64,000 nucleotides of DNA from an uncultured archaeon (GTDB lineage Archaea > Asgardarchaeota > Heimdallarchaeia > Heimdallarchaeales > Kariarchaeaceae), in assembly GCA_964600735.1 (NCBI GenBank), contig CAZRLL010000003.1, forward strand, positions 20,544 to 84,543. The letters are read 5' to 3'. Shown here in pieces: positions 46,358 to 55,349 of this stretch. The stretch's first letter is position 1; every line of letters starts with the position of its first letter. Below the pieces are notes generated by a model, which was not told the DNA's origin, did not search any database, and saw only the letters and a program-made list of their open reading frames with translations. A program made the translations under genes and the position numbers.

Positions 46358-47701
46358 ATGTCAAAGAGTATTCGTAATTTACTTGAATCTCTTGATAAGG
46401 ATTCGGTAAATTCTAAAACAAAATCACCTATTAAACCGGTTTTTGAAAATAGAACCCCCAAAAATCCAATCCCTGGAGATCTAGAAGAGAAAAATTTTGA
46501 GTTCAACGAGAATATTGATGCATCAATCATAGATGATGAAATTAAAACAACTCGAATAATTAGTCCTCCTATACCTTACATCAGCAACGGGAATCAAGTT
46601 AATCATGACCCTATATTAAATGAGGATCAAATATCAAATACTTCATCCATTCAAGTGAATAAATTCCTTGATAATCTGATAAAGAAAAATCGCAATAGAA
46701 TAGTTGTCGTTGGTGTCGGAGGAGGTGGATGTAATGCAATTAATCGACTCTCGAAAAACGGTGAGTGCGATGAGGTGATGTCGGTGGCAGCAAATACAGA
46801 CGCCATTCATCTACGAGAAGTAAATAGTAATGAAAAATTACTATTAGGTCTCGAATTAACTGAAGGACTTGGTGCTGGTAATGATCCGGTAATAGGGAAA
46901 GCCGCGGCAGAGGAAAGCATTGAAACTATTGAAACCATAGTGCAGGATTCTGACATGGTTTTTGTTACAACTGGGATGGGTGGTGGAACAGGAACTGGGG
47001 CCGCACCAATAATTGCTGATATAGCAAGAAAGTCAGGTTCACTTGTGGTGGGTATTTGTACGCTCCCGTTTGAAATGGAGGGGGATACAAGAGCTAGACA
47101 TGCAATACAGGGCTTAAAGGAGTTTTATAGCTCATGCGACACTGTCATTGTGATACCAAATGAGAAGTTGATGGAACTTGCTCCTGATTTACCTATCGGG
47201 CTTGCATTTAAGGTTTCTGATGAAATTTTAGTAAGAGCAGTAAAAGGTATTGTAAACCTGATTATTACTCCAGCCTATGTAAATGTTGATTTTGCGGATA
47301 TTCGACAGATACTTAAACAGGGGGGAAGTTCTGTTATTGGTATGGGTGAAGGAGAAGGTGAAAATAGAATTGAGGATGCATTGAGAGAAAGTTTGAGTAA
47401 TTCTTTATTAGACATACATGTCATGGATTGCAAAGCAGCATTGATAAATATTGCTGGAGGGCCTTCTTTATCACTCGATGAAGTTCGCTCTTGTGTTCAT
47501 ACAATATCTCAAGAAATGGGCGAGGATAGCGAAATCATCTGGGGGACTCACATTAACCCCGAGTTAGGTGAAAGGATACAGGTGACTGCGATATTAAGTG
47601 GTGTATCTAGCCCGTACAACCTGAATTTTGGTTTAGCTGAAAATCAAGAAAGCAGTCTTACGGTTCATAGAGAAACAAATATACGAAGTATATGGGACTG
47701 A
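46358..47701 (+). CDS. ftsZ: Cell division protein FtsZ with long N-terminal extension
   Basis: VGVGGGGCNAINR, GMGGGTGTGAAPIIA; start placed at ATG 46358 (the ORF-track start 46223 overlaps the NOG1 gene). Confidence 0.9.
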   Translation: MSKSIRNLLESLDKDSVNSKTKSPIKPVFENRTPKNPIPGDLEEKNFEFNENIDASIIDDEIKTTRIISPPIPYISNGNQVNHDPILNEDQISNTSSIQVNKFLDNLIKKNRNRIVVVGVGGGGCNAINRLSKNGECDEVMSVAANTDAIHLREVNSNEKLLLGLELTEGLGAGNDPVIGKAAAEESIETIETIVQDSDMVFVTTGMGGGTGTGAAPIIADIARKSGSLVVGICTLPFEMEGDTRARHAIQGLKEFYSSCDTVIVIPNEKLMELAPDLPIGLAFKVSDEILVRAVKGIVNLIITPAYVNVDFADIRQILKQGGSSVIGMGEGEGENRIEDALRESLSNSLLDIHVMDCKAALINIAGGPSLSLDEVRSCVHTISQEMGEDSEIIWGTHINPELGERIQVTAILSGVSSPYNLNFGLAENQESSLTVHRETNIRSIWD

Positions 47702-47709
47702 ATAAATAC

Positions 47710-49146
47710 TTACTTTTTATCTTCCATTTTATACCATTGCGTATGATATATTCTATGTGCGGTTTTATCTGTTCTCTGATAGCCGTGAGCCCCAAAATAA
47801 TCCCTTTGGGCTTGAATTAGATTTGCTGGCAAAATTTCTGAACGAAATCCATCAAAATAAGCTAACGATGCTGAAAAACCGGGAATCGAGATCCCCCAAT
47901 TAATTGACCTTTTAATTGTTTGTCTCCATGCATTTTGACATTTTTTTATCTCATTTTTAAAAAAAGAATCCAATAATAAGGTGTTTAAATTTGGATTGTT
48001 ATCAAACGCTTCCATTATTTTATCAAGAAATATTGACCGGATAATACAACCAGCTCGCCAAATTAAAGCTATTTTACCTAAATCTAATTCCCAATTATAA
48101 TTCTTTGATGCATCTCGCATCAATGAAAACCCCTGACTGTATGAGATAATTTTAGAAGCATAAAGAGCTAGTTCAAGTTCATTTATTATTAAATGCTCCT
48201 CTTCTACTGGAATTTGAGGAATCTGATTTGTCCCAAATTCTGACGCTGCATTAATTCTTTCCTCTTTGAACGATGATAAAAATCGTTGGAATACTGCAGC
48301 GCTAATTGTGGTGAGAGGTGATCCCAATTCAAGAGCATTGTTCACTGTCCATTTACCGGTGCCTTTTTGACCAGCTTTATCCAAGATTTTTGTTACTAAT
48401 GGTTTATTATCCCTTTTATCTTTAAATTTAAGGATATTTGCGGTTATTTCTATCAAATATGAGTTTAAAAACCCTTTATTCCATTTTTCAAATATATTGC
48501 TAATTTCATCATGATTTAATTTTAATCCAAGGTAAAGAATGTGATAAGCCTCACTAATTAATTGCATATCGCCATATTCTATTCCGTTGTGTACCATTTT
48601 AACGTAATGACCAGCTCCATTTTCACCAATCCAGTGACAACAGGCAGTACCATCATCTAATTTTGCGGCTATCGATTGTAAAATTTCTTTAACAGAATTC
48701 CAGGCTTCTTTCGACCCTCCTGGCATAATAGATGGCCCATATCTGGCACCGACTTCTCCACCAGAAATTCCAGCACCTATAAAATAAAATCCATTCTTAT
48801 GCAAAAATTTTGAGCGTCTAATTGAATCTTGAAAATTGGAGTTTCCACCATCAATAATTATATCTCCGCTATCCAGATACGGCATGATCATCTCAATAAA
48901 TTGATCCACTGGAGTTCCAGATTTTACCATCAAAATGATTTTTCGGGGAATTTTGAGAGAATTTACCAATTCATTTATCGATTGACAACCTAGTAAATCA
49001 TTCCCTCGATTAGCCCTCTCTAAAAATTCATCAACTTTGGAAATGGTTCGATTGTATACAGATACTTTATAACCTTGATCAAGCAAGTTTAAGACTAAGT
49101 TTTCCCCCATTACAGCGAGTCCGATCAAGCCTACGTCAGCTGTCAT
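47710..49146 (-). CDS. gnd: 6-phosphogluconate dehydrogenase, decarboxylating
   Basis: 478 aa; GLIGLAVMGENLVLN, IIDGGNS, GAGHYVKMVHNGIEYGDMQLI. Confidence 0.92.
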   Translation of the reverse strand: MTADVGLIGLAVMGENLVLNLLDQGYKVSVYNRTISKVDEFLERANRGNDLLGCQSINELVNSLKIPRKIILMVKSGTPVDQFIEMIMPYLDSGDIIIDGGNSNFQDSIRRSKFLHKNGFYFIGAGISGGEVGARYGPSIMPGGSKEAWNSVKEILQSIAAKLDDGTACCHWIGENGAGHYVKMVHNGIEYGDMQLISEAYHILYLGLKLNHDEISNIFEKWNKGFLNSYLIEITANILKFKDKRDNKPLVTKILDKAGQKGTGKWTVNNALELGSPLTTISAAVFQRFLSSFKEERINAASEFGTNQIPQIPVEEEHLIINELELALYASKIISYSQGFSLMRDASKNYNWELDLGKIALIWRAGCIIRSIFLDKIMEAFDNNPNLNTLLLDSFFKNEIKKCQNAWRQTIKRSINWGISIPGFSASLAYFDGFRSEILPANLIQAQRDYFGAHGYQRTDKTAHRIYHTQWYKMEDKK

Positions 49147-49226
49147 AATTCTTGAAAATATTTATATTTTAATCAACTTATCGTTTCATTCTTGATTTTC
49201 AATATTCTGTTATCCGCCAAAAAATA

Positions 49227-50768
49227 TTAAATTTCAGTCCAACTATAATTATCTTTCGAAATAAAGCTATCAGCAACTTCAGGACCTTGTGTACCTGCAG
49301 CATAGATATGTAAGTCATCAGGTAATTCTTCAGTCTGTTCTTTTTTTTCCTTCCAATATTGAACGATTGGATCAATTATTTTCCACATTTCTCTTATTTC
49401 ATCAAAACGTATGAACAATGTAGAATCTCCACGCATAGCATCCACCAGTAATCTTTCATAAGCTTTAGGCTCTTCCAATTGAGCCTTCCCCCCGATATTT
49501 AGACTGGTTGGTTCTACGTCAGTTAATAATCCAGACGGCTTCCACCCGATTGTTATATCAATACCCGCTCGTGGTTGTATTTCCAGACGTATCGTATTCA
49601 ATATTGGTGATTGATGACTTAATACAGCTGGAATTTCTTTATCTTTGATTTTTTTTAGCTGAATAAATATTTCAGTCTTCCGATTGGGCATTCTTTTTCC
49701 TGTCCTTAAATAGATCGGGACACCTCGCCAGCGATAATTATCAATAAATAATTTAACTGCTGCGTAAGTCTCAACCTTTGAAGTAAGACTTACTCCTTTT
49801 TCATCCATATATTTTGGTACAAATTCTGAATTCACAACCCCTTCTCTATATTGACCCCGAATTACACATTCTTCAATTTCAGTAGATTTGTATTTGCGAA
49901 CTGATTTTAACAATATTACCTTTTCATCCCTGATTTCTTCAGGATCCAATGAGCTTGGATGTTCCATTGTCAATAAAGCGAGGACTTGAAGCAAATGGGA
50001 TTGCATCATATCTCTAACTACTCCAGTTTGTTCAAAAAAATCCACCCTACCTTCAACACCAACTGTTTCCGCACAAGTAATTTGCATATACTCAATATAT
50101 TCACGATTCCAAAGCGGTTGAAACAATAGATTTGACATTCTAAAAACTAAAATATTCTGAACAGCTTCTTTCCCGAGAAAGTGGTCAATCCGATAGATCT
50201 GTTCTTCTGAATAATGTTTCATTATCTCGGAATTTAAATTTTCAGAAGATTTTAAATCAAGTCCAAATGGTTTTTCAACGATAATTCGGGTCCAATGTTT
50301 TTCATCTTGAACGTTTAAACCTATTTTAGCAAGATTATTGATAATTAATTCAAAATGACTTGGAGATGTGGCTAAGTAAAAAAGATGGTTACTCCTAATT
50401 CCCCATTTTTTTTCAATAGTTTCAATACAGTCTGAAATTTTTTGGTAGGTAATTAATTCTTTATAATCTGTTCTTATGGCGAGTAATCGCTCAGATAATG
50501 GATCCCAGTAGCGATCTTCCATTTTATGGCTGCAATACTGTATTACCCGGTTTTTCATATGATGTATAAATTCGTCTCCAGTTTGAATACGTCTACCCAT
50601 GCCAATAAGCTTGAACCTATTGGGAAGAAGTCCATCTCGAGACAGGTGATAGAGTGCTGGCATTAGTTTTCTTCTGGTCAGATCACCTGAAGCTCCAAAA
50701 ATTATTAAGACTGTGCCATCAGGTATTCCGTGTACGGGTGAATTTGATGGATCAGAATGTGATAACAA
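49227..50768 (-). CDS. zwf: Glucose-6-phosphate 1-dehydrogenase (classical Zwf)
   Basis: 513 aa; IFGASGDLTRRKL, EKPFG, RIDHFLGKE. Confidence 0.92.
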   Translation of the reverse strand: MLSHSDPSNSPVHGIPDGTVLIIFGASGDLTRRKLMPALYHLSRDGLLPNRFKLIGMGRRIQTGDEFIHHMKNRVIQYCSHKMEDRYWDPLSERLLAIRTDYKELITYQKISDCIETIEKKWGIRSNHLFYLATSPSHFELIINNLAKIGLNVQDEKHWTRIIVEKPFGLDLKSSENLNSEIMKHYSEEQIYRIDHFLGKEAVQNILVFRMSNLLFQPLWNREYIEYMQITCAETVGVEGRVDFFEQTGVVRDMMQSHLLQVLALLTMEHPSSLDPEEIRDEKVILLKSVRKYKSTEIEECVIRGQYREGVVNSEFVPKYMDEKGVSLTSKVETYAAVKLFIDNYRWRGVPIYLRTGKRMPNRKTEIFIQLKKIKDKEIPAVLSHQSPILNTIRLEIQPRAGIDITIGWKPSGLLTDVEPTSLNIGGKAQLEEPKAYERLLVDAMRGDSTLFIRFDEIREMWKIIDPIVQYWKEKKEQTEELPDDLHIYAAGTQGPEVADSFISKDNYSWTEI

Positions 50769-50906
50769 TTCAAATCTTAAATTTTATCTTATTTATTGCA
50801 TATTGAAATCTTGTGGACATGAAAAAAAAATTTGAATATAAATTTGACTGATAAATTTGAAAACATCGATAGGAATTTCACATTATAAGCTGAAAGAGCA
50901 TCTAAA

Positions 50907-51194
50907 TTAGAATTCAGAGGAAAGCATTAATGTAAGGACACTTTTTTCGTCCTCGAATGATTTTACTAACCATATTTGATCGTTATCAACTGTTTCCAAA
51001 ACAATTAGGTATGCTTCCTCAGCTTCTTCAAATCTTAATACTCGTCTATCTAATTCATTAATTATTCTTTTAACCGATTTAACACCAATTTTCCTGATCA
51101 ATCCAGAACTTAAAATAATACCACCTAGAGGTGGAAAATCGGGATATTGCAATTTAATAAATGATGGTAGAGGTAAAATACTTCGTTTTTCCAT
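50907..51194 (-). CDS. Hypothetical small protein
   Basis: 95-aa ORF divergent from the GTPase gene; no motif recognised. Confidence 0.4.
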   Translation of the reverse strand: MEKRSILPLPSFIKLQYPDFPPLGGIILSSGLIRKIGVKSVKRIINELDRRVLRFEEAEEAYLIVLETVDNDQIWLVKSFEDEKSVLTLMLSSEF

Positions 51195-51382
51195 ATCTTA
51201 TGAATTATCACAAACTTGAAAAAATAAAGTAATTAAATTCAAAATTTTAAACTTCATTTAAAGATTAAAAATGAGAAAATCTTGCAACACCCAAAGGATT
51301 AAAGCTGAAATAAATAAGCTAGGATCCAAATCTGGTTACAATTTTATTTAACTGGTTTAAGAAATGAAATTTATATGAATCT

Positions 51383-52267
51383 ATGATGGCATATAACCAA
51401 ATTGGAGAAGAAGAAATTCTTGTAATTAGAACATTAGAATGCGATTTATGCATGAGATTTGACTCGATAATGATTACCCGGGAAGAAATTGAAAAACGGG
51501 TGGAATCAAATTCATTGCAAATTGGTAGTCATCTTATTTCGCATCGGGATCATCTTCGGATTGTTTATTTCGATCGATTTGGTATTTACTTAGGAGATAC
51601 GATATCACTAAATACTGGGAATAATAAATTAGAGAATTTCGATAGGGAATTACAAATATTTCCCAAATATGAACAGAGGTTAATTAAAAGAATAAGAAAT
51701 AAACTGCTCAAGAAATTTCTATTGACCAAGCAAAGTATTTGTATTGTTGGTCCTTCATTTGCTGGAAAAACTTCTCTTACAATGTACCTTGAAACTGGAA
51801 TCCCTGAAAGGTATAGCAAAAGAATCAGCCATTCTCCAACGTTAGGGAAATCGGTTCGTAGATTTAGACTAGGTAAGTCTAAATTAACTGTATTTGATAT
51901 GGGGGGACAAAGAGATTTTTGGGCAGGATGGGGGGACAGTATTCAATATTCAGAAAAATTAATTTTTGTTATTGATGGAACTGCCAATAACAACAAAGAA
52001 GTAATTGATTCATTAAATTTAGTATTAAAAGAGAGGGGGGCTAGTAAACCAGTACTCGTGTTGAATAATAAAATGGATTTATTTCTCGATGGATATTCCA
52101 CTGAATTTTCAGCTTCGAGTGATTTTATCTCACAATTAGATGCTGTTGATCCAAAATATATTTGGATGCTCGAAGTTTCCGTATTTAACGGAATCTGTTA
52201 CAATTATGGGGGTAAGAAAGAAGAAACTACACTTGCTGATGTAATTTCTGATTTTTTAGAATTTTAA
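51383..52267 (+). CDS. Arf-like small GTPase with extra N-terminal Cys2-His2 domain (paralog B)
   Basis: 294 aa; GPSFAGKTS, PTLG, DMGGQRDFW, NNKMD; the N-terminal ~95 aa is co-linear with paralog A (IRTLECDLCMRFDSIM ... HRDHLRIVYFD..G.YLGDTI). Confidence 0.75.
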   Translation: MMAYNQIGEEEILVIRTLECDLCMRFDSIMITREEIEKRVESNSLQIGSHLISHRDHLRIVYFDRFGIYLGDTISLNTGNNKLENFDRELQIFPKYEQRLIKRIRNKLLKKFLLTKQSICIVGPSFAGKTSLTMYLETGIPERYSKRISHSPTLGKSVRRFRLGKSKLTVFDMGGQRDFWAGWGDSIQYSEKLIFVIDGTANNNKEVIDSLNLVLKERGASKPVLVLNNKMDLFLDGYSTEFSASSDFISQLDAVDPKYIWMLEVSVFNGICYNYGGKKEETTLADVISDFLEF

Positions 52268-52646
52268 ATTGGGAGCTGAAATAATTTGAAAATTAAATTA
52301 ATTCTCAGTTTAATTTGATATTTTTCAACGAAAAGAGGAAAATCTCAAAATGAGAAAATAAAATATCATTTTAGATGACTGGAACCATATTAATAATTCT
52401 AACAGAGGGTTATGAACAGTTTACATGATTGGGATCACTGGAAATGCAATTAATCTTTTAGATATGGTTGAAATCCCACCTAATTTTTCTTCTACTGACC
52501 CGATAATTATTTTCGAAAATATTGTTGTCATGGACGAAAAAGTATATACGCGAGAATATTCGTGATCGCACGATTTGCAGAAAAGATTGCTTCCATGATA
52601 AGCTGATCTTTTATTGCTAGTGTTTTATTTATAACATATTAGTGGT

Positions 52647-53048
52647 TTGATAGTCAATATATACTTGAAGCCAATAATTGTTCTTATGACTTTACCAAAA
52701 TTGCAGTATGTTCAATTTGTAGAAGTTCATGGTGAGATGGCAGAGGTTTACCAACAATTTCTTAGAAAATTAATCTCGGCTTACAAATCAATGAATTTCA
52801 GCAAAAAATGGGTTGTTTATGAAAATTCGTTTTGTATCGTTGAAGATAGTAGAGAATTTATTTTTATACGTGAGTTAGATGCATGGTCTGACTTAGATGG
52901 TATTTCAAAAGAGGATCCATTAACAAAAATCATGGCAGATGTATATGGTGAAAGTGATGCTTTACAGTGGATGGAAATAGTTCGCCGAGCAGTGAAGAAA
53001 ATATCTACATGTGTATATTCAAAAATACCAGAGCTCTCTCTAGATTAA
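52647..53048 (+). CDS. Hypothetical protein (likely true start ATG 52686)
   Basis: 133-aa ORF (120 aa from ATG 52686); small alpha/beta-looking protein, no motif recognised. Confidence 0.4.
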   Translation: MIVNIYLKPIIVLMTLPKLQYVQFVEVHGEMAEVYQQFLRKLISAYKSMNFSKKWVVYENSFCIVEDSREFIFIRELDAWSDLDGISKEDPLTKIMADVYGESDALQWMEIVRRAVKKISTCVYSKIPELSLD

Positions 53049-53214
53049 TAATGTAAGGATGTGGGAGCATATCAGACGATTTAAATGATGAACTTGCTAT
53101 AAGCGTTTAATTTTATCAACCATTATTCATAAAATATTCTTATGTAATATATGGCATATTAATCATATTAATATTGGAATAAATTAAAGAAATATTGAAT
53201 CGAGGGTTTGTTTA

Positions 53215-54015
53215 GTGTTAAAAGAGGCATCGTTGATTTCTAGTTCAGGAATACCAATTTGGGTTCGATCAACTGGTCCTTCAATCGTAGATGGGATTCT
53301 TGCAGGGGCTATGCTGGGCGCATTGTCAACATTTTCATCAGAAGTAACAGGTCAACTTATACGAACTGTTGAAATGAGCGATGGTTTTAAGTTACACATT
53401 CGACCATTTGGAGATGGCGATATAAATTTAGCAATTGTCGGTGATGAGCAGATTCTAAGTGACCCTGAACTATTGAAAATTATTGATACACTCGATGATC
53501 ATATCAATTTAATGCTTAGTGATGATTCGATTGTTGATTTGCATGATCACCAAACTACATCAATATATTTAGAAAAATCAATTACACTACTCGATGGATG
53601 GTTTGGATCAAAAATATTTATCCAGGCTACTATTCAAAAAGCAAGAGATGAAGAAATTGTTGAAATTTCAAGTCAAATAGCTATCATGGCATCACGTTTT
53701 CTTCAGGAAAATATTGCTGTAATGATTCTGGACGCATCTTTGGAAGCCTTGTACACATCAACCTCAAAAAATATTGGAGAAAGCCGATTAGAATCATTGC
53801 AAAGGCATTTTAAGGGTTGGATAAGAGTTTCATCGCATGTAGATCAGCTACTACCTGAAATTATCTTCTTTAATGACTTTTGTGTAGGAATCAAAGCTTT
53901 GAAACGTTTTTATGTGATATGCGCGATTGAATGGACTGGATCGCTTGGGGGGGCTGAAATTACAAGCAAGGTTAGATCATGGTTGTCAATATTAAATCGA
54001 AGGTTAGGTCCGTAA
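53215..54015 (+). CDS. Two-lobed longin/roadblock-like protein (candidate small-GTPase regulator)
   Basis: 266 aa, GTG start; N-lobe SSSGIPIWVRS..ILAGAMLGALSTFSSEV..GFKLHIRPFGDGDINLAIVGDE; second similar hydrophobic pattern from about residue 150 (IAVMILDASLEALYTS...). Confidence 0.4.
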   Translation: MLKEASLISSSGIPIWVRSTGPSIVDGILAGAMLGALSTFSSEVTGQLIRTVEMSDGFKLHIRPFGDGDINLAIVGDEQILSDPELLKIIDTLDDHINLMLSDDSIVDLHDHQTTSIYLEKSITLLDGWFGSKIFIQATIQKARDEEIVEISSQIAIMASRFLQENIAVMILDASLEALYTSTSKNIGESRLESLQRHFKGWIRVSSHVDQLLPEIIFFNDFCVGIKALKRFYVICAIEWTGSLGGAEITSKVRSWLSILNRRLGP

Positions 54016-54140
54016 TTTAAATTTGAAATGAAATAAGTTCATAATCGTGAATTTCTGATCCTTTTGCCGTATTACACATAATAATTATGATAAAGTATAT
54101 AATATTTTTTGAGGTAAATTTATTTAAGACTGAAGAATAA

Positions 54141-54638
54141 GTGACATATAAAGGAGGAAGGCGATTTATATCTGTAAAAAATACGTCAACATTAGCAATT
54201 GCAGGATTTGCTGCAATTTTAATTAGTCTAGTTTTATTATCAAGTGCCTACATTGCTGCTCGGAAAAAAAATTATAATGCACACAAATGGTTGATGTTGT
54301 TTGCAGTGTCAACTAATTTGACTTTCCTCATTCTTTATATTATTCGTTGGTTAACAGAAGGCGATACCAAATTTGGTGGTCCTTCATCTATTTTTTATTT
54401 TGTCTATATACCTGTACTCATAATTCACATCTTAACGGCATTGATTTCAGTATTTTTCGTTTCTAAACAGGTATGGTTAGGATTGATGAAAACAAAAATC
54501 AGTGCTGATGGTAAAATCGCTTTTATAGGCAAATTTCGAAAGATTCACAGGTATATTGGTAAAATAGCAATTATAATATGGATTTTTTCGTTTATTGGAG
54601 GTATTTCTATCTTCTTTATGTTGTATTTACTTTACTAA
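54141..54638 (+). CDS. Four-TM membrane protein, DUF420-like
   Basis: 165 aa, GTG start; four hydrophobic helices with AHKWLMLFAV and HRYIGK between them. Confidence 0.45.
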   Translation: MTYKGGRRFISVKNTSTLAIAGFAAILISLVLLSSAYIAARKKNYNAHKWLMLFAVSTNLTFLILYIIRWLTEGDTKFGGPSSIFYFVYIPVLIIHILTALISVFFVSKQVWLGLMKTKISADGKIAFIGKFRKIHRYIGKIAIIIWIFSFIGGISIFFMLYLLY

Positions 54639-54687
54639 TTCTTGATAACAAATTAAATAATGGTAAGAAAAATAATTTTGTTGGAAA

Positions 54688-55281
54688 GTGATGAAATTAT
54701 TAATTGCGGATGCAGCTATTAGTCTAGTCCCAAAAAATTGGTTGAAAGACGCATCTATTAGTGAATATTATCAGAAAACAGGTCGAATACCTTTGAGAAA
54801 TGGATCAAAACATCAACATTTGTTAAAGAATATCTCAGTTTCTCAAAGGCAAGATAGACCTGATATTTTACATTTTGGATTATTAACGGCTCTAGGCTAT
54901 ACAAAATTAATTAAAGGCTTGGAAATTTATTTCTCATGCAATACTGATCTATATTGGGTTGATCCCAATACAAGACTACCCAGATCCCAAAGTCGGTTTT
55001 ATGGTTTACTAGAGTCAATCTTAAGTAATAATTATCAAGGCAATCTAATACAAAAAATCGACAGTGGTATCAAATTACTGTCGAATCGCAGAGTATTATT
55101 TTCATCCAAAGGAAAACAAGTTGAAGCGGATTTTATTGACAAAAATGAATTATTTATATTTGGAGGTTTTTCATCAGGAGGATTCTCAACTTTATGGGGT
55201 GAATCTCAAGAATTGTCGTTATCATCCCAAAAATTAGATTTATGGACAGCTATCTCTATTTTTCTCAATAAAATTGTATAG
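54688..55281 (+). CDS. nep1: Ribosomal RNA small-subunit methyltransferase Nep1/Emg1
   Basis: 197 aa; RPDILHFGLLTAL and DPNTRLPRSQSRFYGLLESIL match the Nep1 signature regions. Confidence 0.8.
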   Translation: MMKLLIADAAISLVPKNWLKDASISEYYQKTGRIPLRNGSKHQHLLKNISVSQRQDRPDILHFGLLTALGYTKLIKGLEIYFSCNTDLYWVDPNTRLPRSQSRFYGLLESILSNNYQGNLIQKIDSGIKLLSNRRVLFSSKGKQVEADFIDKNELFIFGGFSSGGFSTLWGESQELSLSSQKLDLWTAISIFLNKIV

Positions 55282-55349
55282 TAACTAATAATAATAAATT
55301 CATGAGTTGAAATAGGAAAAACAACATAATCAATAATGAATAATGATAA

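Noticed and set aside
52425-52565. 46-aa ORF (MIGITGNAINLLDMVEIPPNFSSTDPIIIFENIVVMDEKVYTREYS) in the gap between the GTPase gene and the 133-aa ORF
   Set aside because: It is too short and has no motif or obvious ribosome-binding context. It is worth a look in expression data because it sits inside the GTPase/longin-like neighbourhood.
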